NCBI GenBank assembly: GCA_050175015.1
Contig: JBFXJJ010000001.1
Span: 160,001-224,000 of the forward strand
Length of the DNA: 64,000 nucleotides
Direction: 5' to 3'
From: Alphaproteobacteria bacterium
GTDB taxonomy: Bacteria > Pseudomonadota > Alphaproteobacteria > JBFXJJ01
Made by a program: the position numbers and the translations under genes. The notes below the pieces were generated by a model. It did not search any database. It was not told the DNA's origin and saw only the letters and a list, made by a program, of their open reading frames with translations. This document shows positions 28,900-38,710 of this stretch, in pieces (the stretch's first letter is position 1; each line of letters opens with the position of its first letter).

Positions 28900-30351
28900 T
28901 TATTCAACAATTTGAGTTTTTATTTCACTATCGTTCTCATTATCCTGAATAAATAAATCATCATTGTTTATATCTGGCACAAAACTATCAGGAGCGGGTT
29001 CAACTATGATAGACCCTTTTTTATTAATCTCAACAATAGCAAGTCCACGTTCACTATATCCCGATGGCAGCAAACGAAAAATGCCGTCAATTCCTGCAAA
29101 GCCATTAGGGTTTGTTAATTCTTCTTTAGAAAAATCCGTGTCATCTTTACCTCTTGCGATAGCTGATGCTAGGGCAACAGCATCATATGCCAAAGACGCA
29201 ACTCTTGGCGCTTTAGTTTTAAAATAGTTTTCATATCTTGCTTGAAATGCCTCACTAGCTTCTTTAGGAAGAGCAGTATACCAGCCTCCTTGCAATGAGC
29301 TTTCTCTTATTAAACTGGAATCATCCCAAAGCGATGTTCCCAAGAATTTTACTTTTGATGGCAAAACATCATAATAAGGAAGCATTGAAGCTAAAGAGCG
29401 GAGTTTAGAACCCCCTTCTGCCAGTAAAATCATATCAAATTCAACATCGCCTAACGTGTCAACCTGCTCTAATTTTTCTAATGCCGCTTTTGAAACTTCG
29501 TCCTCCAGACCCTCTAAAAGTTTTTTCTGTTCTTCTAAATTCTGGACTCTCAAATCATAATCTGAAATTTCTTTTACAACTTGAGAAAAATCATTAATCG
29601 ATGGGTCGTAATAGCTGGTTTTATACACTTCAATTCCAGCGTTAGATGCAACCTGCGCTGCGGAATTAGCTATTGTTAAGCCTGTATCATTATCAGGAGC
29701 AATAATGGCGAGTTTGGCATAGTTGTTTTGTTTGGCATAAGATAAGATTTTTTCAACCTGCTGGTTCAACAGCAACCCAATAGTATAAACACCGTCACCA
29801 ACAACATAAGGATCATTAGAAAACGTAATAACATTAATTCCTTTGCGATTCGCAAGCTTAGCAACAGGCGTTACCGATGCTGAAAAAACAGGACCTATTA
29901 TCAGTTTAACGCCATGATTAATAGCTTCTTTTGTTGCCTCAACGGCTTGTTCTGGAGTTCCAGCGGTATCATAAAACTGCAAAATGATATTATCTAACGC
30001 AACTTCATATTGCGCCATCAATGCGGCATTGCGCAAAGCAAGTCCTATTTTAGAAGCATTACCAGTAAGAGGTAAAAGCACCCCTATTCTTATATAATTA
30101 GAATTTGTTTCTTTAATATTCTGTGATGAAACATCTGAAAGATTTTCTTCACCAGTAAAAAAAACGTCTTCATCTAACGGCTTAGTATCGGCATCAACCG
30201 CAGAATTTCCAATATTTCTTAGAATTGGAATTTTGTTTCTGCTCGGCATATTTTCGCAGGCAGTTAATAATAATACCAACGTAAGCAAAATACCCGATAT
30301 TCCATAAGACTTAAGTTTTTTTAAAAAAGACAACAAGGATTCTCTCCACAA
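28900..30351 (-). CDS. Penicillin-binding protein activator LpoA/LppC-like lipoprotein
   Basis: Lipobox LTAC; IGVLLPLTG, IIGP, LAYDA, GFAGIDGIFRL; canonical divergence from rsmI-yraN; start uncertain. Confidence 0.85.
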   Translation of the reverse strand: MWRESLLSFLKKLKSYGISGILLTLVLLLTACENMPSRNKIPILRNIGNSAVDADTKPLDEDVFFTGEENLSDVSSQNIKETNSNYIRIGVLLPLTGNASKIGLALRNAALMAQYEVALDNIILQFYDTAGTPEQAVEATKEAINHGVKLIIGPVFSASVTPVAKLANRKGINVITFSNDPYVVGDGVYTIGLLLNQQVEKILSYAKQNNYAKLAIIAPDNDTGLTIANSAAQVASNAGIEVYKTSYYDPSINDFSQVVKEISDYDLRVQNLEEQKKLLEGLEDEVSKAALEKLEQVDTLGDVEFDMILLAEGGSKLRSLASMLPYYDVLPSKVKFLGTSLWDDSSLIRESSLQGGWYTALPKEASEAFQARYENYFKTKAPRVASLAYDAVALASAIARGKDDTDFSKEELTNPNGFAGIDGIFRLLPSGYSERGLAIVEINKKGSIIVEPAPDSFVPDINNDDLFIQDNENDSEIKTQIVE

Positions 30352-30427
30352 AATACAAAACTAATGATAACTTACTTCTTAACAAAAATAACATTTTATC
30401 AAAACATAAAACTTAAAACAAAAAAAT

Positions 30428-31261
30428 ATGAAATCAGGTTTATATATAATTGCAACCCCAATCGGTAATATGGAAGACATAACTTTAAGAGCGCTTGAAA
30501 CTCTTAAAACCGTTGATGTTGTTGCTTGCGAAGACACAAGAGTTACATCTAAATTATTTTCTCGTTATGGCATAAAAACTCCTCTTATTTCTTATCACGA
30601 TCATAATGTTCAAACGATGATTCCTAAAATTATTTCCCGAATCGAACGAGGAGAAGCAATCGGTCTAGTATCTGATGCAGGAACTCCTATAATTTCTGAT
30701 CCTGGTTTCAAACTAGTAAACACTCTTTTAGAACACAAACTCTATGTCACAACTATTCCAGGAGCTTCAGCTGCAACATCAGCCTTAACTCTTTCAGGAA
30801 TAGCATCTGATAAATTTATGTTTGCAGGTTTTCCTCCTCCCAAGACTAAAGCTAGATGTGATTTTTTTAATGATTTTAAAAATATCCCTGCAACTTTGAT
30901 ATTTTATGAATCTCCTAAACGGCTTTTAGCCTCACTTCAAGATATGCTTAAAATCTTTGGTGATAGAGAATGCGCTGTAATTCGAGAAATTACTAAGATT
31001 TATGAAGAAATTAATAAAAATAATCTCGGCGCTTTGGTTAATTATTATGAAAACAGTGATACTCCTAGAGGCGAAATTGTAATTGTCGTATCACGTCTTG
31101 ATGAGAGCAAAAAAGAAGTAAGCCAAGACGAAGTCATCTCTTTTTTAAAAGACTGCCTGCAAAAAGGCATATCAATTAAAGACGCATCTCAAATGGCATC
31201 AACTAGTTTTGATATTCCCAAAAAAGAGGCTTATCAAACAGCTTTAAAAATTAAGGAATAG
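30428..31261 (+). CDS. rsmI: 16S rRNA (cytidine1402-2'-O)-methyltransferase
   Basis: ATPIGNMEDIT, CEDTR, VSDAGTP.ISDPG, YESP.R, REITK. Confidence 0.96.
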   Translation: MKSGLYIIATPIGNMEDITLRALETLKTVDVVACEDTRVTSKLFSRYGIKTPLISYHDHNVQTMIPKIISRIERGEAIGLVSDAGTPIISDPGFKLVNTLLEHKLYVTTIPGASAATSALTLSGIASDKFMFAGFPPPKTKARCDFFNDFKNIPATLIFYESPKRLLASLQDMLKIFGDRECAVIREITKIYEEINKNNLGALVNYYENSDTPRGEIVIVVSRLDESKKEVSQDEVISFLKDCLQKGISIKDASQMASTSFDIPKKEAYQTALKIKE

Positions 31262-31270
31262 ATTTTTTCA

Positions 31271-31639
31271 TTGTTATCGCAATCAGGCAGAAAAGGCAAA
31301 ATGGCAGAAAAAATCGCCGCCTTTTATCTAAAAATAAATGGATACAAAATAATAAAAAAGAACTACCGCCCCAAAAAAGGCATTGGAGCTGGAGAAGTTG
31401 ATATCATTGTTTTAAAAGATAATGTCTTAGTTTTTGTAGAGGTAAAAGCTAGGGAAAATGAAGAACTAGCAGCTTATTCCATTTTGCCCGAACAAATGAA
31501 ACGTATCATAAGAAGTGCCGAGATTTTTCTAGCTGAAAATCCAGATATGGCAGAATATGATTTACGCTTCGATGCTGTTTTAATGGGAAATATGCAAATT
31601 CCTGTCCATATAAAAGATGCTTTCCGAGCAGATTTTTAG
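31271..31639 (+). CDS. yraN: YraN family (UPF0102) endonuclease-like protein
   Basis: GEVDII, FVEVKAR, RFDAV, HIKDAF. Confidence 0.9.
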   Translation: MLSQSGRKGKMAEKIAAFYLKINGYKIIKKNYRPKKGIGAGEVDIIVLKDNVLVFVEVKARENEELAAYSILPEQMKRIIRSAEIFLAENPDMAEYDLRFDAVLMGNMQIPVHIKDAFRADF

Positions 31640-31797
31640 TCTTTATTTTTATTAACACAACGAAACAATACTGAAAAAACAATGGCTTCAATCCTGTAAA
31701 AAATTGAAGGTTGACAAAAAGTATCAAGAAGTTACTTAATAAACCCACAATGTTTTATACATTAAATTTCTTAAATCAAAAAGAAAGGTAATTTGTA

Positions 31798-32742
31798 ATG
31801 AATGATTTGTCGGTCAATTTTATTATGCCCGATCTGGCTACTTTAAGAGTTCAAAATGTATCTGCTATTGCTCTTGGTATGGAAGCTGAACGTCGTGGTT
31901 ATAAAATCTGCCATACTTGCGAGAACGACATTACCTACAAAGAAGGAAAGGTTATTGCCAGAGTTAGAGATGCCTCCCAGATTAAGCCTGAACAAGGCAG
32001 GGCCGCTGTTTTAAGTGATTATTATGATATGAATTTAAATGAAGTTGATATTAATCTGCTCCGCATATCTTTTAATTATGATTTAAAATTTGTTACAGCT
32101 CTTGGTCTTTTAGAATTAATTCAAGACCAAACTCTAATTGTTGATAAACCATCTAACCTGCGCCACTGTGCAGGCAAACTCTTTTTAAATTATTTTCAAG
32201 ATGTGATGGCTCCGACTTTGATTAGCTCTGATATAAATCAAATCTTAAGATTCAGAGAAGAGTACAAAGATATTATTGTTAAACCTTTATTTGGATATGG
32301 CGGCGAAGGAATTTTTCATATCAAACCTTCAAGCGACAACCTTAACTCTCTCCTCGGAATGTTTGACAATCTTTATCACGAGCCAATTATGATTCAACGC
32401 TATTTGCCAGATGTAAAAGGCGGCGATAAACGTGTATTATTGATTGATGGTGAACCTGTTGGCGCCATTTTAAGAACAGCTCCCAAAGACAACGTTAGAA
32501 CTAATGTAAGCTCAGGCGGCTCTATGAAACTTTCTGAACTTACCAAAAGCGATTTAAGAATTTGCGAAGCCGTAAAACCTATTGTGAAAAAATTAGGTTT
32601 AGTTTTAGTAGGTCTTGACGTAATTGGTGATTATCTTATTGAAATCAATGTGGGCAATGTCGGCGGTCTTATCGAATATGATATGCTTGGCGGCGGCAAT
32701 TTGGCTTCAACTTTCTGGGACGCCGTTGAAAAGCGTCTTTAA
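31798..32742 (+). CDS. gshB: Glutathione synthetase-like ATP-grasp ligase (copy 1)
   Basis: KPLFGYGGEG, QRYL, GDKRVLLIDG, RTNVSSGG, GLDVIG.YLIEINV; canonical yraN-gshB position. Confidence 0.8.
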   Translation: MNDLSVNFIMPDLATLRVQNVSAIALGMEAERRGYKICHTCENDITYKEGKVIARVRDASQIKPEQGRAAVLSDYYDMNLNEVDINLLRISFNYDLKFVTALGLLELIQDQTLIVDKPSNLRHCAGKLFLNYFQDVMAPTLISSDINQILRFREEYKDIIVKPLFGYGGEGIFHIKPSSDNLNSLLGMFDNLYHEPIMIQRYLPDVKGGDKRVLLIDGEPVGAILRTAPKDNVRTNVSSGGSMKLSELTKSDLRICEAVKPIVKKLGLVLVGLDVIGDYLIEINVGNVGGLIEYDMLGGGNLASTFWDAVEKRL

Positions 32743-32762
32743 AAAAAGCAAGGACTGGTCTA

Positions 32763-33722
32763 ATGACATATAAAATTGGTTTACAAACCGATGCCTTAGA
32801 AGGCTTGAACTCGGTTTCGAAAAGCTTAGGGTATGATGATGATTCTGCCTTAATTTTAGCTGCGGAAGCACAAAAACAAGGACACGAGCTGTTTTACTTC
32901 ACCCCTGATAACATTAGTTATTGTTATGGTGAAGTCATTGCTTGGATAAGAAAAATAACTATTAAAGACATCAATAACAAAATTTTTGATTTTGGTGACT
33001 ATGAGCGGGTTTTTCTTAAAGATTTGGATATCATCTTAATGAGGCAAGAGCGCCCATATAATCTTAAATATTTAACCAACTGCCGTTTGCTTTCCAAAAT
33101 TGATACTAATACTCTGATTATCAATAATCCTTATCACGTGCAAACAACCAGCGACCATTGGTTTGTAACCGCCTTTCCAGAAATTACGCCTCCAACTGTA
33201 ATCTCCTGCGACCCGAAAGAAATCAAAGCCTTTAGAGCTGAACATAAAGACGTTATCTTAAAACCTTTATACAGCAGACACGGTGAAGGCAAATATCATC
33301 TTACGTCAGAAAGTGAAAATATTGACTCTTATATGGAAATGTTTGCAAAGCTTTATGATCAGATGATAATAGCTCAAAAATATATCGCTCATGATACTGA
33401 CCGCAAAATAATTGTCATTGATGGTAAGCCAGTTGGAGCTTATGACCAGCCAATTACCCATTATGGAGCTAAAGAAAAACCTGAGCATATAAGCTGCAAA
33501 CCTGTTAAAGCCGTATTATCAAAACGTAATTTAGAAATTTGTGAACATATTGCTCCAACTTTAAAAGATATGAATATTACTATCGCTTCTGTTGACATTA
33601 TCGGCGATTATATGATTGAAATTGACATTAATTCTCCAGTTGGACTGGGGCAGATTAATCAGTTAAACGGCATTAATTGTGCAGAACCTTTCTGGGAAGC
33701 CGTTTTCCAGAAATTAAAATAA
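32763..33722 (+). CDS. Divergent glutathione synthetase paralog (copy 2)
   Basis: QTD, DDSALIL..EAQ..G, LMRQERPYN, KPLY, DIIG..MIEIDINSP. Confidence 0.75.
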   Translation: MTYKIGLQTDALEGLNSVSKSLGYDDDSALILAAEAQKQGHELFYFTPDNISYCYGEVIAWIRKITIKDINNKIFDFGDYERVFLKDLDIILMRQERPYNLKYLTNCRLLSKIDTNTLIINNPYHVQTTSDHWFVTAFPEITPPTVISCDPKEIKAFRAEHKDVILKPLYSRHGEGKYHLTSESENIDSYMEMFAKLYDQMIIAQKYIAHDTDRKIIVIDGKPVGAYDQPITHYGAKEKPEHISCKPVKAVLSKRNLEICEHIAPTLKDMNITIASVDIIGDYMIEIDINSPVGLGQINQLNGINCAEPFWEAVFQKLK

Positions 33723-33808
33723 TTTTTATTAAAAATAATTTTTATTAACTAAGTATAAACCGCTTATCACTCATAATCCTTGTTACATAGTATTAAAAAC
33801 AAGGATTT

Positions 33809-34108
33809 TTGAGTGTTATGCGTCAAGTTGTTGCTGTTATTATTTTATTGCTTTTAACTGCGTGCAGCAGCCCTGTTCAGGTTATGCCCGAACCTGCATT
33901 GCCCACCACCTTGCGCAATCCGTGGACACGCCAGATTATAAGATGCGATTACAACCCCTTAGATAAGAGTTGTGTTAGCAATTTACAGAACCAAGGTTTT
34001 GAAAAAATAGAACATACCACCTTTTTACCAGCCAAATATGACTTTCAAGTAGAAGGCAGTTACCCCGCTAGGCGCTGGCGGGAAAATGAAATTGTCCCTC
34101 GCTGGTAA
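33809..34108 (+). CDS. Small hypothetical lipoprotein
   Basis: Lipobox LLTAC; AAGGA RBS; start at 33809 or 33818. Confidence 0.7.
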   Translation: MSVMRQVVAVIILLLLTACSSPVQVMPEPALPTTLRNPWTRQIIRCDYNPLDKSCVSNLQNQGFEKIEHTTFLPAKYDFQVEGSYPARRWRENEIVPRW

Positions 34109-34186
34109 TAATAGATTGCAGCTGATTTATATTTAGAAAGCAAAACTCATAACGCCGCTTTGTTTTTGATAAATGATAAACAAAGA

Positions 34187-34297
34187 TTTTAAGGATTGTT
34201 AAGGATTTTTTGAAAAAATCCTTAATATGCGAAGCAATGATATTACTTAATAGCAAAATCTCTGTAGACAACTTTGCTTTGCTAAAACAAAAGTAAA
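34187..34297 (-). repeat. Dispersed modular repeat (copy 3; modules C and A)
   Basis: TTTTAAGGATTGTTAAGGATTTTTTGAAAAAATCCTTAATATGCGAAGCAAT followed by CTTTGCTTTGCTAAAACAAAAGTAAAA. Confidence 0.8.
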
Positions 34298-34422
34298 ATT
34301 TTTCATAAACTACCCTGCTCCATCTAAATTTTGCTCTAAACTAAGCAATATTCTAACTTGTATAAAAGTTTAAATAGTTATAGTTTTTTTATAATTATAA
34401 ATCTGATACTTAAGGATAACGA

Positions 34423-35955
34423 ATGGTTGCTAGAGTTCATACTATAGCTTTTTCAGGAATTGAAGTTTTAGATATTGATCTTCAAGTTCATATTGCTTCA
34501 GGACTGCCGTCTTTTACGATTGTCGGCCTGCCAGATAAAGCGGTTGGGGAAAGCCGTGAACGAGTGCGGTCAGCTTTGTCAGCAATGGGACTTGCTCTGC
34601 CTCCTAAACGTATCACAATCAATCTTGCCCCAGCCGATGTCTTAAAAGAGGGAAGTCATTTTGACTTACCTGTTGCTGTAGGGCTTTTAATCGCTATGGA
34701 GATACTTCCTCAGGAGGAGATGTCTTGTTATACCATTTTAGGTGAACTTGCGCTTGACGGACGAATTTCTGGCGTTTCTGGAGTTCTACCTGCCGCTATT
34801 TCAGCAAACAGTTATGACCGTGGCTTAATTTGCCCCGAAGAACAAGGTTCTGAAGCTGCCCTATCGGGACTTGATGATATTCTTGCTCCATCATCTTTAA
34901 TATCTTTAATTAACCATTTTAAAGGCACTCAGGTTTTATCAAAACCACAACCGTTAAAAACTAGTAATCTTAAAAGTTCTTTAGATTTAGCCGATGTTAA
35001 GGGACAAGAAACCGCAAGGCGGGCGTTAGAAATAACGGCTGCGGGCGGACATAATCTTCTAATGATTGGGCCTCCAGGTTCGGGCAAATCTATGCTGGCA
35101 ACCAGACTTCCAACTATTCTGCCCAAACTAACTCCCAAAGAGGCTTTAGAAGTAAGCGTTATCCACTCAGTTGCAGGACTGCTTAAAGATGGAAAAATAT
35201 CTCAAAACCGCCCATTTAGAGCCCCACACCATACCGCATCTACTCCTGCTCTGGTCGGAGGAGGTGTTAAGGCTCGTCCAGGTGAAATTTCTTTGGCACA
35301 CAATGGCGTTTTGTTCCTTGATGAACTGCCTGAATTTAGCAGATCTTCTTTAGAAGCCTTAAGACAGCCATTAGAATCAAAACTTGTTACGGTATCTAGA
35401 GTTAATGCCAATGTTACTTATCCCGCTAGATTTCAGCTTATTGCTGCAATGAACCCTTGCAAATGCGGACAACTTGGCAACCCAGCTTTGGAATGCTCCC
35501 GAGCGCCTAAATGTGCCGCAGAATACCAAAACAAAATTTCAGGACCTCTGCTTGATAGAATTGATATTAACATTGAGGTCAAAGCCGTCAATCCTTTAAG
35601 CATAAGCAGCTCGTATCAAGGAGAAAGTTCAAGCGTTGTCGCAGAAAGAGTCAACAAAGCTCGTGAAATTCAAAAAAATCGTCTGGCAAAAATGATGGTG
35701 GAAAACGTTTCATACAACGCCGAACTCAGCGGCACTATAATTGAAGAAATAGCCCCCCTTGATGCTAAAGGGAAAAAGCTTTTATTAGATGCCATGGAAA
35801 AACTTTATCTCTCTGCACGAAGTTATCACAAGATATTAAAGGTTGCTAGAACGATAGCTGATTTGGAAAATGAAAAGCATGTTTTCCCGTCTCATATAGC
35901 TGAAGCTATATCCTATAGACACCGGCTTGCCGGCCGAGAAAACTTATGTGGTTAA
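34423..35955 (+). CDS. comM: YifB/ComM Mg-chelatase-like AAA+ ATPase
   Basis: IVGLPDKAV.ESRERV, NLAPA, GPPGSGKS, PFRAPHH, FLDELPEF, AAMNPC. Confidence 0.93.
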   Translation: MVARVHTIAFSGIEVLDIDLQVHIASGLPSFTIVGLPDKAVGESRERVRSALSAMGLALPPKRITINLAPADVLKEGSHFDLPVAVGLLIAMEILPQEEMSCYTILGELALDGRISGVSGVLPAAISANSYDRGLICPEEQGSEAALSGLDDILAPSSLISLINHFKGTQVLSKPQPLKTSNLKSSLDLADVKGQETARRALEITAAGGHNLLMIGPPGSGKSMLATRLPTILPKLTPKEALEVSVIHSVAGLLKDGKISQNRPFRAPHHTASTPALVGGGVKARPGEISLAHNGVLFLDELPEFSRSSLEALRQPLESKLVTVSRVNANVTYPARFQLIAAMNPCKCGQLGNPALECSRAPKCAAEYQNKISGPLLDRIDINIEVKAVNPLSISSSYQGESSSVVAERVNKAREIQKNRLAKMMVENVSYNAELSGTIIEEIAPLDAKGKKLLLDAMEKLYLSARSYHKILKVARTIADLENEKHVFPSHIAEAISYRHRLAGRENLCG

Positions 35956-36407
35956 TAAAAGGTTACCTTTTATTACTATAATAAAAACCTTTAAAACCAG
36001 TGATATAGTGTTAATTAATTTTTTAAAAATTATATTATTTTACAAAAATCATTACGAAAACATAAGGAATATTAGCTCTAAAACTTAAGTTTTACTTTTT
36101 AGATGTGTTTTAATTTATAAAATTAATTTTATCCCTTATTAGGTTTAAACTTTTGCCCAAACAGAGCGTTTTAGACCCCTTCATTTTCTTAGAACTTTTT
36201 TTAACCTTTTGTAAATTTTTGATTTTCGTAATAATCAATTTGATACTTTTTTTAGTTTTTTTAGGGTTTTTATTTAAAAGTTATTTTTCTAATCTTTTTA
36301 TCTAATTTTGAACTTGAATTTTGATAAAAATTAAAATTAGTTAAAATTTTAATTAATTTTATTTCATATTCATATCATATTTGTTATTTTCAACTTCATT
36401 TGTAGTT

Positions 36408-36437
36408 AAGGCGGCTTGCTTTTAGCAAAACCGCCCT
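36408..36437. terminator. GC-rich hairpin in the convergent comM-hinT gap
   Basis: GGCGG-CTTGCT-TTT-AGCAA-AA-CCGCC; orientation ambiguous. Confidence 0.4.
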
Positions 36438-36493
36438 GGTTTTTATGCAAAACTAAACCTGTATTTGCATTCTAACTCATTGATTTATAATAA

Positions 36494-36856
36494 TTATTTA
36501 CGAGGAACCATAGCTCCCATTTTATGACCGCCAAGAATATGAAAATGTAAATGTTTGACCTCTTGACCACCATCGCTGCCAATATTAGTTACAACACGGT
36601 ATCCCTTTTCAGCAATCTCAGCTTCCTTTGCAACTTTAACTATTGCCTTATTTAAAGCAGCGATCTCTTCATCTGATGCTTTTTCAGCAAAGTCATTTTG
36701 AGAAATATATTTTCCTTTAGGAATAACCAAAATATGAACTGGAGCCAGAGGATTAACATCATAAAAAGCAAGCGTATACTCGTCTTCATAAACTTTTTTG
36801 CAAGGAATTTCTCCTCTAATTATTTTGGCAAAAATATTATTATCATCATAAATCAT
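36494..36856 (-). CDS. hinT: Histidine triad nucleotide-binding protein
   Basis: NIFAKIIRGEIP, GGQEVKHLHFHILGG. Confidence 0.92.
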   Translation of the reverse strand: MIYDDNNIFAKIIRGEIPCKKVYEDEYTLAFYDVNPLAPVHILVIPKGKYISQNDFAEKASDEEIAALNKAIVKVAKEAEIAEKGYRVVTNIGSDGGQEVKHLHFHILGGHKMGAMVPRK

Positions 36857-36959
36857 TTGTAAAATATCCTTATTTTCTATCTCTTCAAAATTATTTTATT
36901 TAACATTTTTATTATATATATTATTGTTACCATAAGGATTTTATGGAGCAAATAAAAGA

Positions 36960-38612
36960 TTGAAAACCGTATACAAAAAACTTTCTTTCCTAAAATTATC
37001 AACTGTGATTTTGGTCATTGGTATGATGATTATATCGGCTTGCTCCTTTAATAATAAAGATAAAAAACCGCTGACAAGAGCCGATTATGCTCCTATTAAA
37101 CTTGCCTATGTTGATTTCAAAATTCCTAAAAGGAATATAAATTTCTGGAGCAATAAAGTCGGCAATTATAATTTTGAGCTTTTTGGCTGCACTAGACGTG
37201 ATGGCAAAGACATTGTTTTGGACACTGGCCGAGTTATGCAGCGCCAGATGAGCTTTTTTAATAACTTTTTTGAAGGCTTAAACAATTATTACAGTGTGAT
37301 TGTCGACCCTAAAAATCCTTATTTTATTTATTCTGACACTTACAATGAGCCTGAATATTTAGTTATCGCCGAAATTACTGACCTCTTTTTAAATGTCTGC
37401 GATCATTATGACTGGCGGATAAGAGATTATAAAAATCTACGCAGCGGCAGCAGCGAAATAGAAGTTACTTGGAAAATTACCGATTTAACTAGACGTCATA
37501 TTTTTTGGCAGGCTTCATCTAAAGGATATGCTGAAATAGATGACCCTATTGTCAACGGTGAAACTAGACTAGTAGAAAAAGCCTTTGCGGCTTCCTTAGA
37601 ACGGGCACGCCATCTCGCAGGTTTTGCGGAAACACTCGCTCACAGACGTTCAAAAAACGAACTTAATGCAGAAAAAACTATGCTGGCGGATTTAGAATAT
37701 CCTTACTTTAAACATTATGGCAGCTCTCAAACCTTATCTCAAGATGATTTAGCTCTTAAAGAAACTGGTACAGAGCAAGAAAAACAGGCTGAACAAGACG
37801 GCGATAAATCAATAAAAACAGCTGAAATCGGCAAAGTAACAGAAAACGATGCAAACGCTCTTGGCGGAACTATTATTGGTCAACTGCCTAAAAAACTCTT
37901 ATCTCAATTAAATGTTACCAATAAAAATGACTGGCTTAATATAACCCCTGATGATTTGGCAAAACAGGGTTATAAAGCTGATGATGGCTGGATTGGAGTG
38001 GTCGATAACTCTGGTATTATCACCATAAAAAAACAGCCCGCATTCTCCGAGATGAACCCCTATATACTGTACCGTATAAGGACAGGAATTGTATCGGTTG
38101 AAAATAAAGAAAAAAAATTAGCCTCGGGTCTGCTTATCTCTCCAGAAATTATTTTAACTTCTGATAATGTTGCTTTAAGCAGTCCAGAATTAAACATAAC
38201 CACCATAAACAACTTTACTTACACTGCAAACCCGATAAGGCGCAATCCATTAAGAGGTGTCGCTCTGCTTAAGCAAAAAGCAACGGAATACTATCCTTTG
38301 CCTTTAAGGCTTACTTTACCTGAAGTCGGCGAAGAGGTTTTCTTTGCTCTAGGAGCTCCAACTTATGAAACAGGCGAAGGTTTTCTTGATGATAAAGGTA
38401 TTGTAACAGGGTACCGTTACTTAGAAGATGGCACTCTTATAATGACTAATACTTATGTTCAAGAAAAGACCTTAGGCGGCGCTTTAATTGATAAGTTCGG
38501 CAATATTTTAGGTATGGCAAAAGGCGGCTTGAAAGATCCTTTGGAAGATAAAGATTACTTCATACCTGTTTCTGACGCTCTAGAAAAACTTGGCGTTGTT
38601 ATTAAGGAATAA
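36960..38612 (+). CDS. Lipoprotein with C-terminal trypsin-like domain lacking catalytic residues
   Basis: Lipobox ISAC; SGLLIS..ILT, VALL, EEVFFALGAP, GGALID..G.ILG trypsin-2 framework. Confidence 0.7.
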   Translation: MKTVYKKLSFLKLSTVILVIGMMIISACSFNNKDKKPLTRADYAPIKLAYVDFKIPKRNINFWSNKVGNYNFELFGCTRRDGKDIVLDTGRVMQRQMSFFNNFFEGLNNYYSVIVDPKNPYFIYSDTYNEPEYLVIAEITDLFLNVCDHYDWRIRDYKNLRSGSSEIEVTWKITDLTRRHIFWQASSKGYAEIDDPIVNGETRLVEKAFAASLERARHLAGFAETLAHRRSKNELNAEKTMLADLEYPYFKHYGSSQTLSQDDLALKETGTEQEKQAEQDGDKSIKTAEIGKVTENDANALGGTIIGQLPKKLLSQLNVTNKNDWLNITPDDLAKQGYKADDGWIGVVDNSGIITIKKQPAFSEMNPYILYRIRTGIVSVENKEKKLASGLLISPEIILTSDNVALSSPELNITTINNFTYTANPIRRNPLRGVALLKQKATEYYPLPLRLTLPEVGEEVFFALGAPTYETGEGFLDDKGIVTGYRYLEDGTLIMTNTYVQEKTLGGALIDKFGNILGMAKGGLKDPLEDKDYFIPVSDALEKLGVVIKE

Positions 38613-38628
38613 CCAAAATAATTTAATA

Positions 38629-38644
38629 TGTGATAATTATCACA
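38629..38644. promoter_or_regulatory. Perfect CRP-type palindrome
   Basis: TGTGA-TAATTA-TCACA, about 66 bp upstream of the XRE gene. Confidence 0.6.
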
Positions 38645-38710
38645 GAACTATTGTTTGTTTTACGTAATACTGATTATTAATTGGCAATTTGAAAATCAGG
38701 AAAATCTAAA

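Noticed and set aside
34068-34271. 67-aa minus-strand ORF
   Set aside because: Runs through the palindromic repeat and overlaps the lipoprotein gene; likely spurious.
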